64,000 nt of DNA from positions 60,636,001-60,700,000 of the forward strand of contig CM126209.1 of the NCBI GenBank assembly GCA_052327205.1, read 5' to 3'. Positions 26,104 through 36,531 of this stretch are shown here, piece by piece. The translations under genes and the position numbers were made by a program. Positions within the stretch are counted from its first letter, which is position 1, and each line of letters starts with the position of its first letter. Under the pieces are notes generated by a model. The model did not search any database and was not told the DNA's origin. It was given only the letters and a program-made list of their open reading frames with translations. The DNA is from Somniosus microcephalus. Lineage: Eukaryota.

Positions 26104-27088
26104 GGCAACAGAAAGCATAACTAACACATAACTGTCTGGCAAACCTGCGACACTACCCAAAACATGACCAACATTCAAAGCAGGTGTAGACGGCCTTGAA
26201 TTCTACAAATGAGACGTCTCAACAGCTCCCTCTACTCTTTACCCCTTGATGGAGATCTACTTCTCTTACGAGATCGGCCCCTTCCCTCCCTGCAGCTCCT
26301 CCATAATTGGACCCCAGTAGCTGCGTCAAGGCTGGGGGACGCCTGCTGAGTGTCCGAAAGCGCAGAAGCCCGAGGGACGGCCTGGACGACCTCTGGGCTT
26401 GGAGGGCCCGGTGTAAAGTCTGTGGGTTGTGCAGTTAATAAATACACAGACTTCAGAAGTAACAAACAAACAGGTCTTTACTATTCGAAGGTCCGGGCGA
26501 ATCTGCCCCAGCAATCCTGCCACAACACTTATATACTGGTGTGGTCACTATCAGTATTACAGTATACAGAAGCCAAACAAATAGTGCCACACCTAAAGTA
26601 GTTCTCTTAAAGGTGAACGGTTACATTCAATAGTTCCCTTAAAGGTAGACGGGTACATACACTACAATCCTCCTTTTTTAGCTTATTACTTAGAGTCCCC
26701 GTTAAACATACATAACTTCAACTTCCTATAAAACAAATTACAGATATAATCTCGGTGGAGTCAATGTCATATAAAACAATTTACAGATATAATCTTGGTG
26801 GGAACAGTTCACAGGTTCAGTCTCTGCGGAAACAGTTCATAGAGTCAGTCTCTGATCTTGACTCGTTCCAAACAACATCTCTTTGGTGTAGCCGGTTCAC
26901 ATGGCTAGAGTGACTCCTCCATAGCCTTTTTCTTGACGTAACAGCTTGAACTTTCGTCCTGTTGAACCAGCAGTGCGGACTTTTACAACCAACTGGCTGT
27001 CTTGACATTTTCCAGTTTTTCAACTAATTTAGCTCCTCTCGTAGTGTCCCGCCTGAGATGGTAGAAGTGCTAATATTTTAGACAGTTA

Positions 27089-27345
27089 TTATCTTCTGCT
27101 TCTTCTTTTTCTTTTCTGCCTTTTTGAAACTCTCGGAGCTCCTTTCTCGGCTGCCAGCTGTAGCGCCACCAACTCTCTATGTTCCTTAGACCTTAAGTGC
27201 TTCATCCGGATTTCAGCACTTCGGGAGTTTTCATCACAAGCTGGGCAGACCACATCCTCGTAATATTCAGTGTCACTCAACAGGTCATGGTAATATTCGG
27301 GTTCGTCCTGAGTTAGGCCAGCGAGAGAGCCTTCTTCCTCCTCAC
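27089..27345 (-). pseudogene. Captured C2H2 (JAZ/matrin-type) zinc finger plus basic tail resembling DNAJC21
   Basis: EYYEDVVCPACD...MKHLRSKEHRELVAL...APRVSKRQKRKRR resembles recalled DNAJC21 ELYDDLYCPACD...KNHEKSKKHREMVAL...APKQKLSKKQKKKK. Confidence 0.68.
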
Positions 27346-27742
27346 CCGTCTGGACGTTAGCTGACGGTGGTTCCTTCCCTAGACATCTTTCTTGAAAAGA
27401 CTTCTTCATGCATTCATATTCATCCCGCTCTTCCTGGGTTATCTGCCATTCCTTCACGACGGACCTCATTTGTGAGTTCAATACCTTCCCTTCCATCGGG
27501 AATTGCGTTATCAGGCTATTTAATCCTTCTACTGAAGTAACGGTTTCCACATTCTTCTGTTCACCTTGACGTGATTCAACGTACTTTTGGCATCCTTGTA
27601 CAATTTGTGTTGCCACCTCAGCTATCTCCGTGACTTTTGAGAGCGCCGAACTCATTCCCCCTGAAGATTGAAGCTCGTGTTCAGATTGTCCCCCTTGCAG
27701 AGTCTTGTCCTTCAGCATATGAAGGAGTTGGCTGACCGTTAA

Positions 27743-28462
27743 CTCTTCCCTGGGAACACGGTGGATCAGAGTCTTCTCCATTTCATCCACCTTTTCCTCC
27801 AATACTTCCACCTTCTGTTCCTCTTGAACTTTGGCTTTCAGCGCTCGGAAAAGTTGCGCCCTGATGCTCTCTAGTTCATGTTCAGGGACCATTCTTACAG
27901 TCTGAGTTTCTTGCAGTTTCCTTTTCTTCCACTGAAAGGATTCCCAGTTGAATCTGTTCTTCAAGTTGTTGAACCTCGGTCATTGCCGCCTCATATTTGT
28001 CTTGGGTGTCCTTCAATGTTTTTATGAGTTCTTGGACATCCTGTCTTTCATGCTCTGCCATGTTTTTCCCCTCTAATTTCTCATCTATGGATGGAACTTC
28101 TACCGATGAGTCTGTCTTGGCCTTGAGCTCATCAAGAATTTCCTGCAGCCTTTGGACTTCTTGCTCATGTTCAACCTTTAGTTGTTCATATGCTTCTACT
28201 GAAACTAGCTTTTCGGAGGTTGCCGAGTTAACCCCCTCCAGAATTGTAGCCTGAGCCTGTTCATACTGTTCTTTCAACTTCTCACACTCTGCTTGTAAGG
28301 AGTCGTAGAGAAGAACTGGGATAAAATCCTGGCTTCCTGAAGATTCCTCTTCCTTTGGTTCGTTCTGTAAATATTCTAGTTCCTGAACAGCATCAGGGGA
28401 ATGTGATTGGTATTTGGCCACGATGGCTCTATGGTCGCTCTCTGCTTGAGCTAGCTGTCTGT
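27743..28462 (-). pseudogene. Captured coiled-coil fragments resembling the ANKRD24/RAI14/UACA family
   Basis: FIPVLLYDSLQAECEKLKEQY resembles recalled human ANKRD24 [49 protein letters not shown] resembles recalled RAI14 [28 protein letters not shown]. From memory, not a search. Confidence 0.7.
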
Positions 28463-29982
28463 TGTCTTTCCAGGTTCTCCCATTCGGTGTCCCAGAACTT
28501 TTCCATATTTTTCATCTCTTGTACGAGACGGTCACTCAACTGTTCTAATTGTTGTCGTACTTTGACATAAGTTTGAGTCCGAACTCGGTGTTCTTCCGTC
28601 GTGGATGAATCCTTTGCTTGAACAGGCTCAGAATTCTCTGTCAACCTGGAGTTCTGCTCTGCAGCTTTATTCTTCTTGGTAACATAAGTCCTTCTGCATG
28701 TCTTCGTTTTCTTCCCCATCGTCGGCAAGTCCCTTTTTGCCTTGTCTTCCATATTCGAATTGGTCTTATCATCATCCATTTCAGAATCTGAGCTAATAGC
28801 TTGCACCGAGTCCTCCCTCATTATGGCTTTTAGGTAATGCCCTTCCATGTCTATTTTCTTAATCCACTCCCGCCCTAGAAGTGGTGGTCCTCCCTCAGGT
28901 AATACGTACAAGTTCATTCTTGGGTGTTCTTTACCCCTATCTCTCACCTTGACTCTTATTTTCCCCACGGGGTATACGTTATGCCCAGTGTATGTCTGTA
29001 ATACGAACTTGGTATTTCTTAAAGGTACGTGAGAGAATAGCCGGTGGTAGTCCCTTCGGTTGATGACTGATAGAGCTGATCTAGTGTCCAGCTCCATTCT
29101 TACTTGGACTCCAGCTATTTTTAGTATGACCCAGATGGTCTGTAGATCCATTTCTTTACCCACATTGTGGATTCTCAGACTACCCAGCTCCTGGTTGTTT
29201 GGGTCTGAGTCTGAATTCTGTTCATCTGAACTCTTCTCAGCCACCTTGTGTACCTTTTTGTACTTTTCTTGTGGTGGCTTCCTTTGATTGTTGGTCTTTT
29301 TCCCGGACCGGCATACCTTCGCGATGTGACCCAGTTTGCCACATTTCCTACACTCTTGGTTCTTAAACCAGCATTGATTCTGATCATGCGTTGCCTTCAC
29401 ACAACGGTAGCATTTTGTTGTGCTTGAAGTAATTTGGTCCACCCCGAGTGCCGCCGCCTTTAGTTGCATTTCCGCCGTTCCTTTCGCTGCGGCTTCATGC
29501 GATGCAGCTATAAGGACAGCCCTGTCCAGTGTGAGGTCGTTCTCTTCCAGTAGTCGCTTCTGCGTCCCTTCTTTGGACAATCCGCATACGAACTTGTCCC
29601 GCAGCGCTTCTGTCAGATTCCCTCCGAACTGGCAGTATTTCGCTAGCCTACGCAGTTCGACCAAGTATTCCGCATTGCTTTCGTCTTTCCTCTGCGTTCT
29701 TGCGTAGAATTTGAATCGTTCAGCCAGCATCAATGGTGTGGGGTTCAAGTGGTCCTTCAGCACAGCCACAATCTCTTCGAATGTCTGATCCGCTGGTTTA
29801 TTTGGTGCTATTAGATGCTTCAAGAGCCCGTATGTTTTTGCCCCCATCGAGTTTAGCAATGTTATCGCCTTGTCGTCTTCCTCTATTTTGTTGGCTTCGC
29901 AATAGATCTCTATGCGTTCCACGTACGTGGCCCAGTCTTCTATTTCAGAATTAAAGTCGTTAATGTTCCCTCGCTTAGGCAT
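28429..29982 (-). CDS. Gag (2 CCHC) plus aspartic protease (DTR variant) plus non-retroviral charged/coiled-coil extension, 517 aa
   Basis: Aligns to A and B up to PPLLGREWIKKI, then diverges completely; catalytic DTG reads DTR. Confidence 0.9.
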   Translation of the reverse strand: MPKRGNINDFNSEIEDWATYVERIEIYCEANKIEEDDKAITLLNSMGAKTYGLLKHLIAPNKPADQTFEEIVAVLKDHLNPTPLMLAERFKFYARTQRKDESNAEYLVELRRLAKYCQFGGNLTEALRDKFVCGLSKEGTQKRLLEENDLTLDRAVLIAASHEAAAKGTAEMQLKAAALGVDQITSSTTKCYRCVKATHDQNQCWFKNQECRKCGKLGHIAKVCRSGKKTNNQRKPPQEKYKKVHKVAEKSSDEQNSDSDPNNQELGSLRIHNVGKEMDLQTIWVILKIAGVQVRMELDTRSALSVINRRDYHRLFSHVPLRNTKFVLQTYTGHNVYPVGKIRVKVRDRGKEHPRMNLYVLPEGGPPLLGREWIKKIDMEGHYLKAIMREDSVQAISSDSEMDDDKTNSNMEDKAKRDLPTMGKKTKTCRRTYVTKKNKAAEQNSRLTENSEPVQAKDSSTTEEHRVRTQTYVKVRQQLEQLSDRLVQEMKNMEKFWDTEWENLERQQTASSSRERP

Positions 29983-31569
29983 CTTTCTTCCCTTGGGAGC
30001 AGCACCAGTATTTCTTTAAGTATTCTTATTTATTTGTTTGTTTCTAAGATGGCGGTTTTCCCGCGAAATCGGCGGTTTCCCGCTCTTCCTTTCTTGCCCC
30101 GCCCACTTCAATGGCGGTTTCCCGCTTCTGGCGTCTTCTCCGCCTAATGGCGGCTTCCCGCGTTTCTTCCCGGTGGAAGGGGTACGCTTCCCCCACAGCG
30201 GATAGATTCAGCCGCTGGCTGGCTTCCGCACAGCTCCCCTTACTCGGCTATGTCTTTTCCTCCCGCCCGCACGGCTCTACCGGCGCTGGGTACACCCCGT
30301 TAACGGAGGACAGTTCAGCCGCTGGACTGGCTCTCGCGCAGTCTCTCTCTCCATACCCGGCTCTGTCGCTCCCTCTCCCGCACGTTCGGTTCTACCGGCT
30401 CTGGGTACCCCGCTGGTGGAGGACAGCTCAGCCGCTGGACTGGCTCTCGCGCAGTCTCTCTCCCCTTGCTCGGCTCTGTCTCTCTCTCCCGCCCGCACGG
30501 TTCCTGTTCGCCTCCCAGCCCTCTCGCAGACCGGTGTTTCCCTCCCCGGCTGCGGCTGGGTTTCTCTTCCCGCGCCTACTCACAGTCTCAGCGCTTCGTG
30601 GCTGCGGTCGCTGCCCGGTTTTCCCGCCGATCGAGGTCCGACTGTCTCACGACGCCGTTGGACCCGACTTTCTGACCGGCTCTGTTCCCCCTCTGGATAT
30701 TCTCTACACCTTCCCCTACTCACAGTCTCCGCGGCCGCCTTGTTTCCAGCTGATCGGCTCACTCCGCACCGTGGTAGAAGGGTAGTCAGTGCCTGTTGCA
30801 GATGGAAGCTTTTATTGCTAAAGTCTTCCTCCTTCCTCCTGCTGCAGCCTCGTGTTTTCTTTCAGCAGCACGACGAGGGCGGTTGCCTCTCTTCGACGCT
30901 CTTCATTGCTTTGGTAGTCTTGCCGCAGGGTACGATCGGACTCGTCGCCACTGTAAAGTCTGTGGGTTGTGCAGTTAATAAATACACAGACTTCAGAAGT
31001 AACAAACAAACAGGTCTTTACTATTCGAAGGTCCGGGCGAATCTGCCCCAGCAATCCTGCCACAACACTTATATACTGGTGTGGTCACTATCGGTATTAC
31101 AGTATACAGAAGCCAAACAAATAGTGCCACACCTAAAGTAGTTCTCTTAAAGGTGAACAGTTGCATTCAATAGTTCCCTTAAAAGGTAGACGGGTACATA
31201 CACTACACCCGGATGCTGACTGCTCCAACTGTGCATGGTTGGAAGCAGTCTGTCCTGCAGGTGGTGGCAGCTGCAGTGGAGACGTGCCAGCGGTGGCATC
31301 AGGAATGCTTACATCCTGAGAGCGGACACCTGCTCCGTGGTCGGCTGACACACTGGCATTCTGACGGTGCAGCACCGCAGAATGCGCCACAATCGGCTGG
31401 TCCACAGATTGATGGCCTGCTGTGGTGCTGCAAGGGCCCCGGGTAATCCTGCCTGAGCCAGCTAGGGTGGCAGCAGTCAGTGTTCGCGTGGCCTCAATCT
31501 GCGTGTGCAGGAGGCCAGCAAGTGACTGCGTGGCAGCACTGAGCACTTGCGTGGCAGGTGCCAGTGCTT

Positions 31570-31805
31570 CGGAGAAGCCCTGGACAGTCCTTGCCACTGC
31601 TTCGGACAAGGCTGGGACAGCCCTTTCCACTGCTTCGGACAAGGCCGGGAGAGCCCTTTCCACTGCTTCGGACAAGGCCGGGACAGCCCTTTCCACTGCT
31701 TCGGACAAGGCCGGGACAGACCTTTCCAGGGCTGGCCTGAAGCCCTGGACAGTCCTTTCCATTGCTGCCCCGAAGCCCTGGACAGTCCTTTCCATTGCTG
31801 CCCCA
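31570..31805. repeat. 33-bp coding tandem repeat (~7 units) in the Myb/SANT gene
   Basis: CCCTTTCCACTGCTTCGGACAAGGCCGGGACAG-type units, encoding ALSEAVERAVP / GFGAAMERTVQ. Confidence 0.9.
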
Positions 31806-33422
31806 AAGTCCTGCACACTCTTTGCCTCGATGGAGTCAGGCATCCTCCCCACTGCAGCCATCAGCTCAGTGTGCCTGAGCCGAGCCTGGGCACTCATTTC
31901 TGAACAGCTACGCACCTCCTCTGCACTCTGTGCAGCAGTCATCATGGCCTGCCTCGCCCTCCGGGGAGACGGCCCCCGAGCTTCCCTACCCCCCTCGCGT
32001 TGCTGCAGCCCGCTGGTTCCTGCAACTGGTTCCTCATCAGAGACCCCCCCTCCCCTCCAGGGACCTACTATCCCCAGTCTCCAGATGGGCTGGCTCCCGA
32101 GGCTGGCATGGATGTTCCGGCTTCCTCCTGCTCGTTGCCTCCGGAGGCAGTGGCACTGGCAGCTTGAGGGCCCGGCTCCCGAGCTGGTGATGCAGCATCT
32201 GAAAGCAGGGAGGTTGAAGAGTGGCTTTAGCGAAAGGACAGGGTGGCAGCAAGGGATGCAAGATTGCTGCAATGCTATGACATGGGTCCAGAGTGAAAAA
32301 GCATGCTGGTGGGGGGGAACAAGAGGAAGGAGACAGCTCAAAAAGGTGAGGACCATACCATCACTGTGCACAATGGGGTCGGCAGCTCCAGTGGTGACAG
32401 GACCAATCATACGGCCTCCAACAATCTGGTGGACTTTCTCTTCGAGATCCGTGAGAGTCTGGAGTTGAGGACGTCCTCCTCCGGTGCGAAGCTGCTCCTT
32501 GCGGTTCCTCGCCAGCTTGGCCTGCAGGAAAAAGGACGGGAAGTGATGAAACATGATGCCCTGAGTTGTCATCTCATGCCCCCCATGGTGGAAGAACCCT
32601 TACATCATGCCCTGAGTTTAATGTGCATGTATGTTCCCAGAAAGGGCCATGGGTGCTTGCTGACAGATGGCCAATGGGGCATCGCGCTCCCTCTGGTCAT
32701 AAAGTCAGGTGCAGATGGAGGGATGAAGAAGTTTGACGAAACACCACTCACCCTCACGGCCCGAGTAAGGTCATTTAATTTCTTCCTGCACTGCACAGGG
32801 CTCCTGGTCACCATGCTGTTGGAGTTGACCTTTTGAGAAACTTCCCTCCAAGCTCTTCGGTATTCCTTCTGATTAGGCCTCCTGCCATTGTCGGGGTACA
32901 GCACATCTCGCCGGCGCTCCACTGCGCCTACCAATTCATCCAATGCCCCATTGGTAAAGCGCTCCGCTCTCTGCCTCACCCTCTCCATCTTCTCAAAGTT
33001 TGTAACACCACAGAAAGGCCAGCTCTGATTTTGAGGCCTACAAGGCGCAGAGTGTGGCTGCTGATCCTTACTGACCCACCCCTTTAAGAGCTGGCCGGTG
33101 CCTGAAAGTCTCGTGGTCATCGGTAATTGACAGCACCTGCGCTGCGCCCGCCCGCCCCTATATGGAGTAGCGCTGCCAGGTTAGCGCCTTAGGAGTCCCA
33201 TGTAACGCCCGATTTTGTGCCTCAATCACCTTTAGGGGCGCTGCAACCCAATATCGTGCGAGGTGGCGATAAGTTGCGTCTGGCTATAAAATTTGCGCAG
33301 CGCCAATTCTAACGCCCCAAGCGGGGCTATACCCAATTTCTAGGCCTAAATGTTTCATTTAAGTATTCCTTCACCATGCAACTCCCACCATTTCTCACTA
33401 AGATGCCTGCTCCAGACTTGTC

Positions 33423-35537
33423 AGAAACATAGAAACATAGAAGATAGGAGCAGGAGTAGGCCATTTGGCCCCTCGAGCCTGCTCCGCCATTCAATGCGAT
33501 CATGGCTGATCATCCAAATTTAGTACCCGGTCCCCGCTTTCTCCCCATACCCCTTGATCCCTTTAGCCTTAAGAAATATATCCAACTCCTTCTTGAATAT
33601 ATTTAAGGTATTGGCCTCTACTGCCTTCTGTGGTAGAGAATTCCACAGGTTCACCACTCTCTGGGTGAAGAAATTCCTCCTCATTTCTGTCCTAAATGGC
33701 TCACCCCTTATCCTTAGACTGTGACCCCTGGTTCTGGACTCCCCGACCATCGGGAACATCCTTCCTGCATCTAGTCTGTCCAGTCCTCTCAGAATTTTAT
33801 AAGTTTCAATGAGATCCCCTCTCATTCTTCTAAACTCCAGCGAGTACAAGCCCAATTGACCCAATCTCTCCTCATATGTCATTCCTGCCATCCCAAGTAT
33901 CAGCCTGGTGAATCTTCACTGAACTCCTTCCATGGCAAGAACATCCTTCCTCAGATAAGGCGACCAAAACTGCACACAATGCTCAAGATGTGGTCTCACC
34001 AAGGCCCTGTACAACTGCAGCAAGACATCCTTGTTCCTGTACTCAAACCCTCTCGCTACGAAGGCCAACATGCCATTTGCCTTCTTAACCGCCTGCTGCA
34101 CCTGCATGCTTACCTTCAGCGACTGGTGCACAAGGACACCCAGGTCTCGTTGCACTTCCCCTTCTCCCAATCTATTGCCATTCAGATAATAATCTGCCTT
34201 CCTGTTTTTGCCACCAAAGTGGATAACCTCACATTTATCCACGTTATATTGCATCTGCCATGCTTTTCCCCAATCACCCAACCTGTCCAAATCATCCTGG
34301 AGTTTCTCGGCATCCGCCTCACAGCACACACGCCCACCCAGCTTTGTGTCGGCTGCAAATTTGGAGATATTACATCTAGTTCCCTTGTCTAGATCATTAA
34401 TATATATTGTGAATAGCTGGGGTCCTAGCACCGATCCCTGCGGTACCCCACTAGTCACTGCCTGCCACTCGGAAAAAGACCTGTTTATTCCAACTCTTTG
34501 CTTTCTGTCTGCCAACCAGTTCTCTATCCAAGTCAATACCTTGCCCCCAATCCCATGTACCTTAACTTTACACGCGAATCTCTTATGCGGGACCTTATCG
34601 AAAGGCCTTCTGAAAGTCCAAATACACCACATCCACTGGTTCTCCCTTATCTATTTTACCAGTTACATCCTCAAAAAATTCCAGTAGATTAGTCAAGCAC
34701 GATTTACCTTTTGTAAATCCTTGACTTTGTCCAATCCTGTCACTGTTTTCCAAGTGCTCTGCTATTACATCTTTTATAATGGACTCTTTGCATTTTCCCC
34801 ACTACCGACGTCAGGCTTACCGGTCTGTAATTCCCCATTTTCTCTCTACCACCTTTTTTGAATAGTGGGGTAACATTAGCTACCCTCCAATCCATGGGTA
34901 CGGTTCCAGATTCCATCGAATGTTGGAAGATGATCAGCAATGCATCTACTATTTCTAGGACCACTTCCTTGAGTACCCTAGGATGTAGATTATCAGGCCC
35001 ATGGGATTTATCGGCCTTCAATCCAGTCAATTTCCCTAACACCATTTCCCTACAAATACTGATTTCTTTCAGTTCCTCCCTTTCATCAGACCCTATGTTC
35101 CCCGACATCTGTGGGAGGTTATTTGTGTCCTCCTTTGTGAAGACAGAACCAAAATATGTATTTAATTGGTCTGCCATTTCTTTGTTCCCCATTATAAATT
35201 CCCCTGATTCTGACTGCAAGGGACCTACGCTTGACATCACCAATCTTTTTCTCTTCACATATCTATAAGAGCTTTTACAGTCAGTTTTTATGTTCCCTGC
35301 AAGCTTACTCTCATATTCTATTTTCCCTTTCCTAATTAATCCCTTTGTCCTCCTTTGTTGAATCCTAAACTGCTCCCAATCCTCAGGTTTACTGCTTTTT
35401 CTGGCCAATATATATGTCCTCTCCTTGGATCTTATGCTATCCCTAATTTCCCTTGTTAGCCATGGTTGAGTCACCTTTTTTGTTTTATTTTTATGCCAAA
35501 CTGGGATGAACAAATTCTGTAGTTCATCCATGCGGTC
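33423..35537 (-). mobile_element. CR1 LINE copy C, 5'-truncated
   Basis: RT ORF pieces 34740-35612, 33916-34632, 33520-33891; (CATAGAAA)n tail on the + strand. Confidence 0.93.
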
Positions 35538-36531
35538 AGTAGTCAGCTTCAGCTTGCAATTAAGATAGTAGACTTGTATTGACTGCAAATTTCCCTCACT
35601 GTGGGAAGCCATCTCTTACTACACAATACACACATGGTAAAGAATTCAGTGAGTGAATCTGCAGACATAAATTCTAACTATACCTATAACATAACAGAGA
35701 CTCCATATATCAAACTATGATAGAGATAAAAACAAAACATGGATTGAAGCTTTGAAGGGGTTCCAGGCTCTAGACCTCACGTTGTATTGAATTTAACTTT
35801 GATTTATTGATCTAAAACCCAAATAGCGTGAAGCATTTTTTTTGGGCTGCAATGCCCATTCTTTACCTTACTGATGCTTTGTAACAAAGCCAAGCCCAGG
35901 ATCAACACATGGTGTACTGAGCCACATGCAATTTTTTGTGGACACAACAAATGAATCAATGGCAATAGTGTGCATGTGATTCATCACACCTATTGCAATT
36001 GCTGTTTGTTTTGATGTTGCAGTAATGAAACAGAAATGGCAAAGCAAAAGCACATGAAAATTGCAGCAGTTAGCTGCTATTGAGGAGGTTCACACCTGTA
36101 CCAAGAAAATTGAAGTTGCTCAAGTATTGCCACCAAATACACCGTCAACGTGGCTCAAGATGGGGTTGAGCTCTGCCGAAGTACAAAATGAATGGCAATC
36201 TCAAAGGGCTAAAGAAAAGTCAATTTCCCTAAATAGCAGTAGTGATAAATAGTTTAAGAGGAGAACAAAGTACAACAGTCAGTGGTGTTTTATTCATGAA
36301 ATAAAGGCAAGCCTGTTACCAAACAGCTTCATTTTGCTCAGGAAGACTTCAGAGGAAGCATTGACTGGCTTCAGAAGCATGGCATAGCATTTTCAACAGC
36401 AAAGCCAATTCTATAATGGCAGAAATGGCTAATGATTGGTGCCAAATGAGAGTGGTTACTGTTTACAGCCTGTTTTAAATGCAGAATATTTTGAAGCCAA
36501 GTGTTCTGTTTGGTGAGAATTCTAACAGGCC

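Larger units (their letters stand above)
26412..31207 (-). mobile_element. Non-autonomous Gypsy (Mag-like) element C: gag-protease plus host-like cargo in place of RT/RNase H/integrase
   Basis: LTRs 26412-26666 and 30952-31207 (3 substitutions and 1 indel seen); TSD CCCGG (26407-26411, 31208-31212); PBS TGGCGACGAG 30950-30941; PPT AAAAAAGGAGGAT; no YxDD or DDE motifs in the internal ORFs. Confidence 0.93.
26232..32988 (-). pseudogene. Harbinger Myb/SANT-like (MSANTD/trihelix) DNA-binding protein gene, three exons, last exon split by Gypsy C
   Basis: Exon 1 32988-32752 (RFTNGALDELV...AWREVSQKVN...RSPVQCRKKLNDL, donor GTGAGT); exon 2 32521-32359; exon 3 from 32198 to 31208, resuming at 26411 (GPSKPRGRP); frameshift early in exon 3. 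Confidence 0.85.
19284..33346. mobile_element. PIF/Harbinger DNA transposon (transposase plus Myb/SANT gene), interrupted by two Gypsy elements
   Basis: Imperfect TIRs GGGGGAGAAATTCGGT and GGCCTAGAAATTGGGT (12/16); TAA on both sides (19281-19283, 33347-33349); two convergent genes typical of Harbinger. Confidence 0.88.

Noticed and set aside
27089-28421. env gene in element C
   Set aside because: No signal peptide or transmembrane segment seen; the sequence is charged coiled coil plus a zinc finger.
30111-31141. Overlapping plus-strand ORFs in the element C leader, and similar ones at 568-1116 and 11709-12598
   Set aside because: GC-rich, tandemly duplicated leader sequence with no protein similarity between elements.
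31422-32468. 348-aa plus-strand ORF with repeats
   Set aside because: Antisense shadow of the GC-rich Myb/SANT last exon and its 33-bp repeat.
31133-32572. 479-aa minus-strand ORF as a standalone gene
   Set aside because: It reads through intron sequence and into the Gypsy C LTR; the real structure is the spliced Myb/SANT gene.
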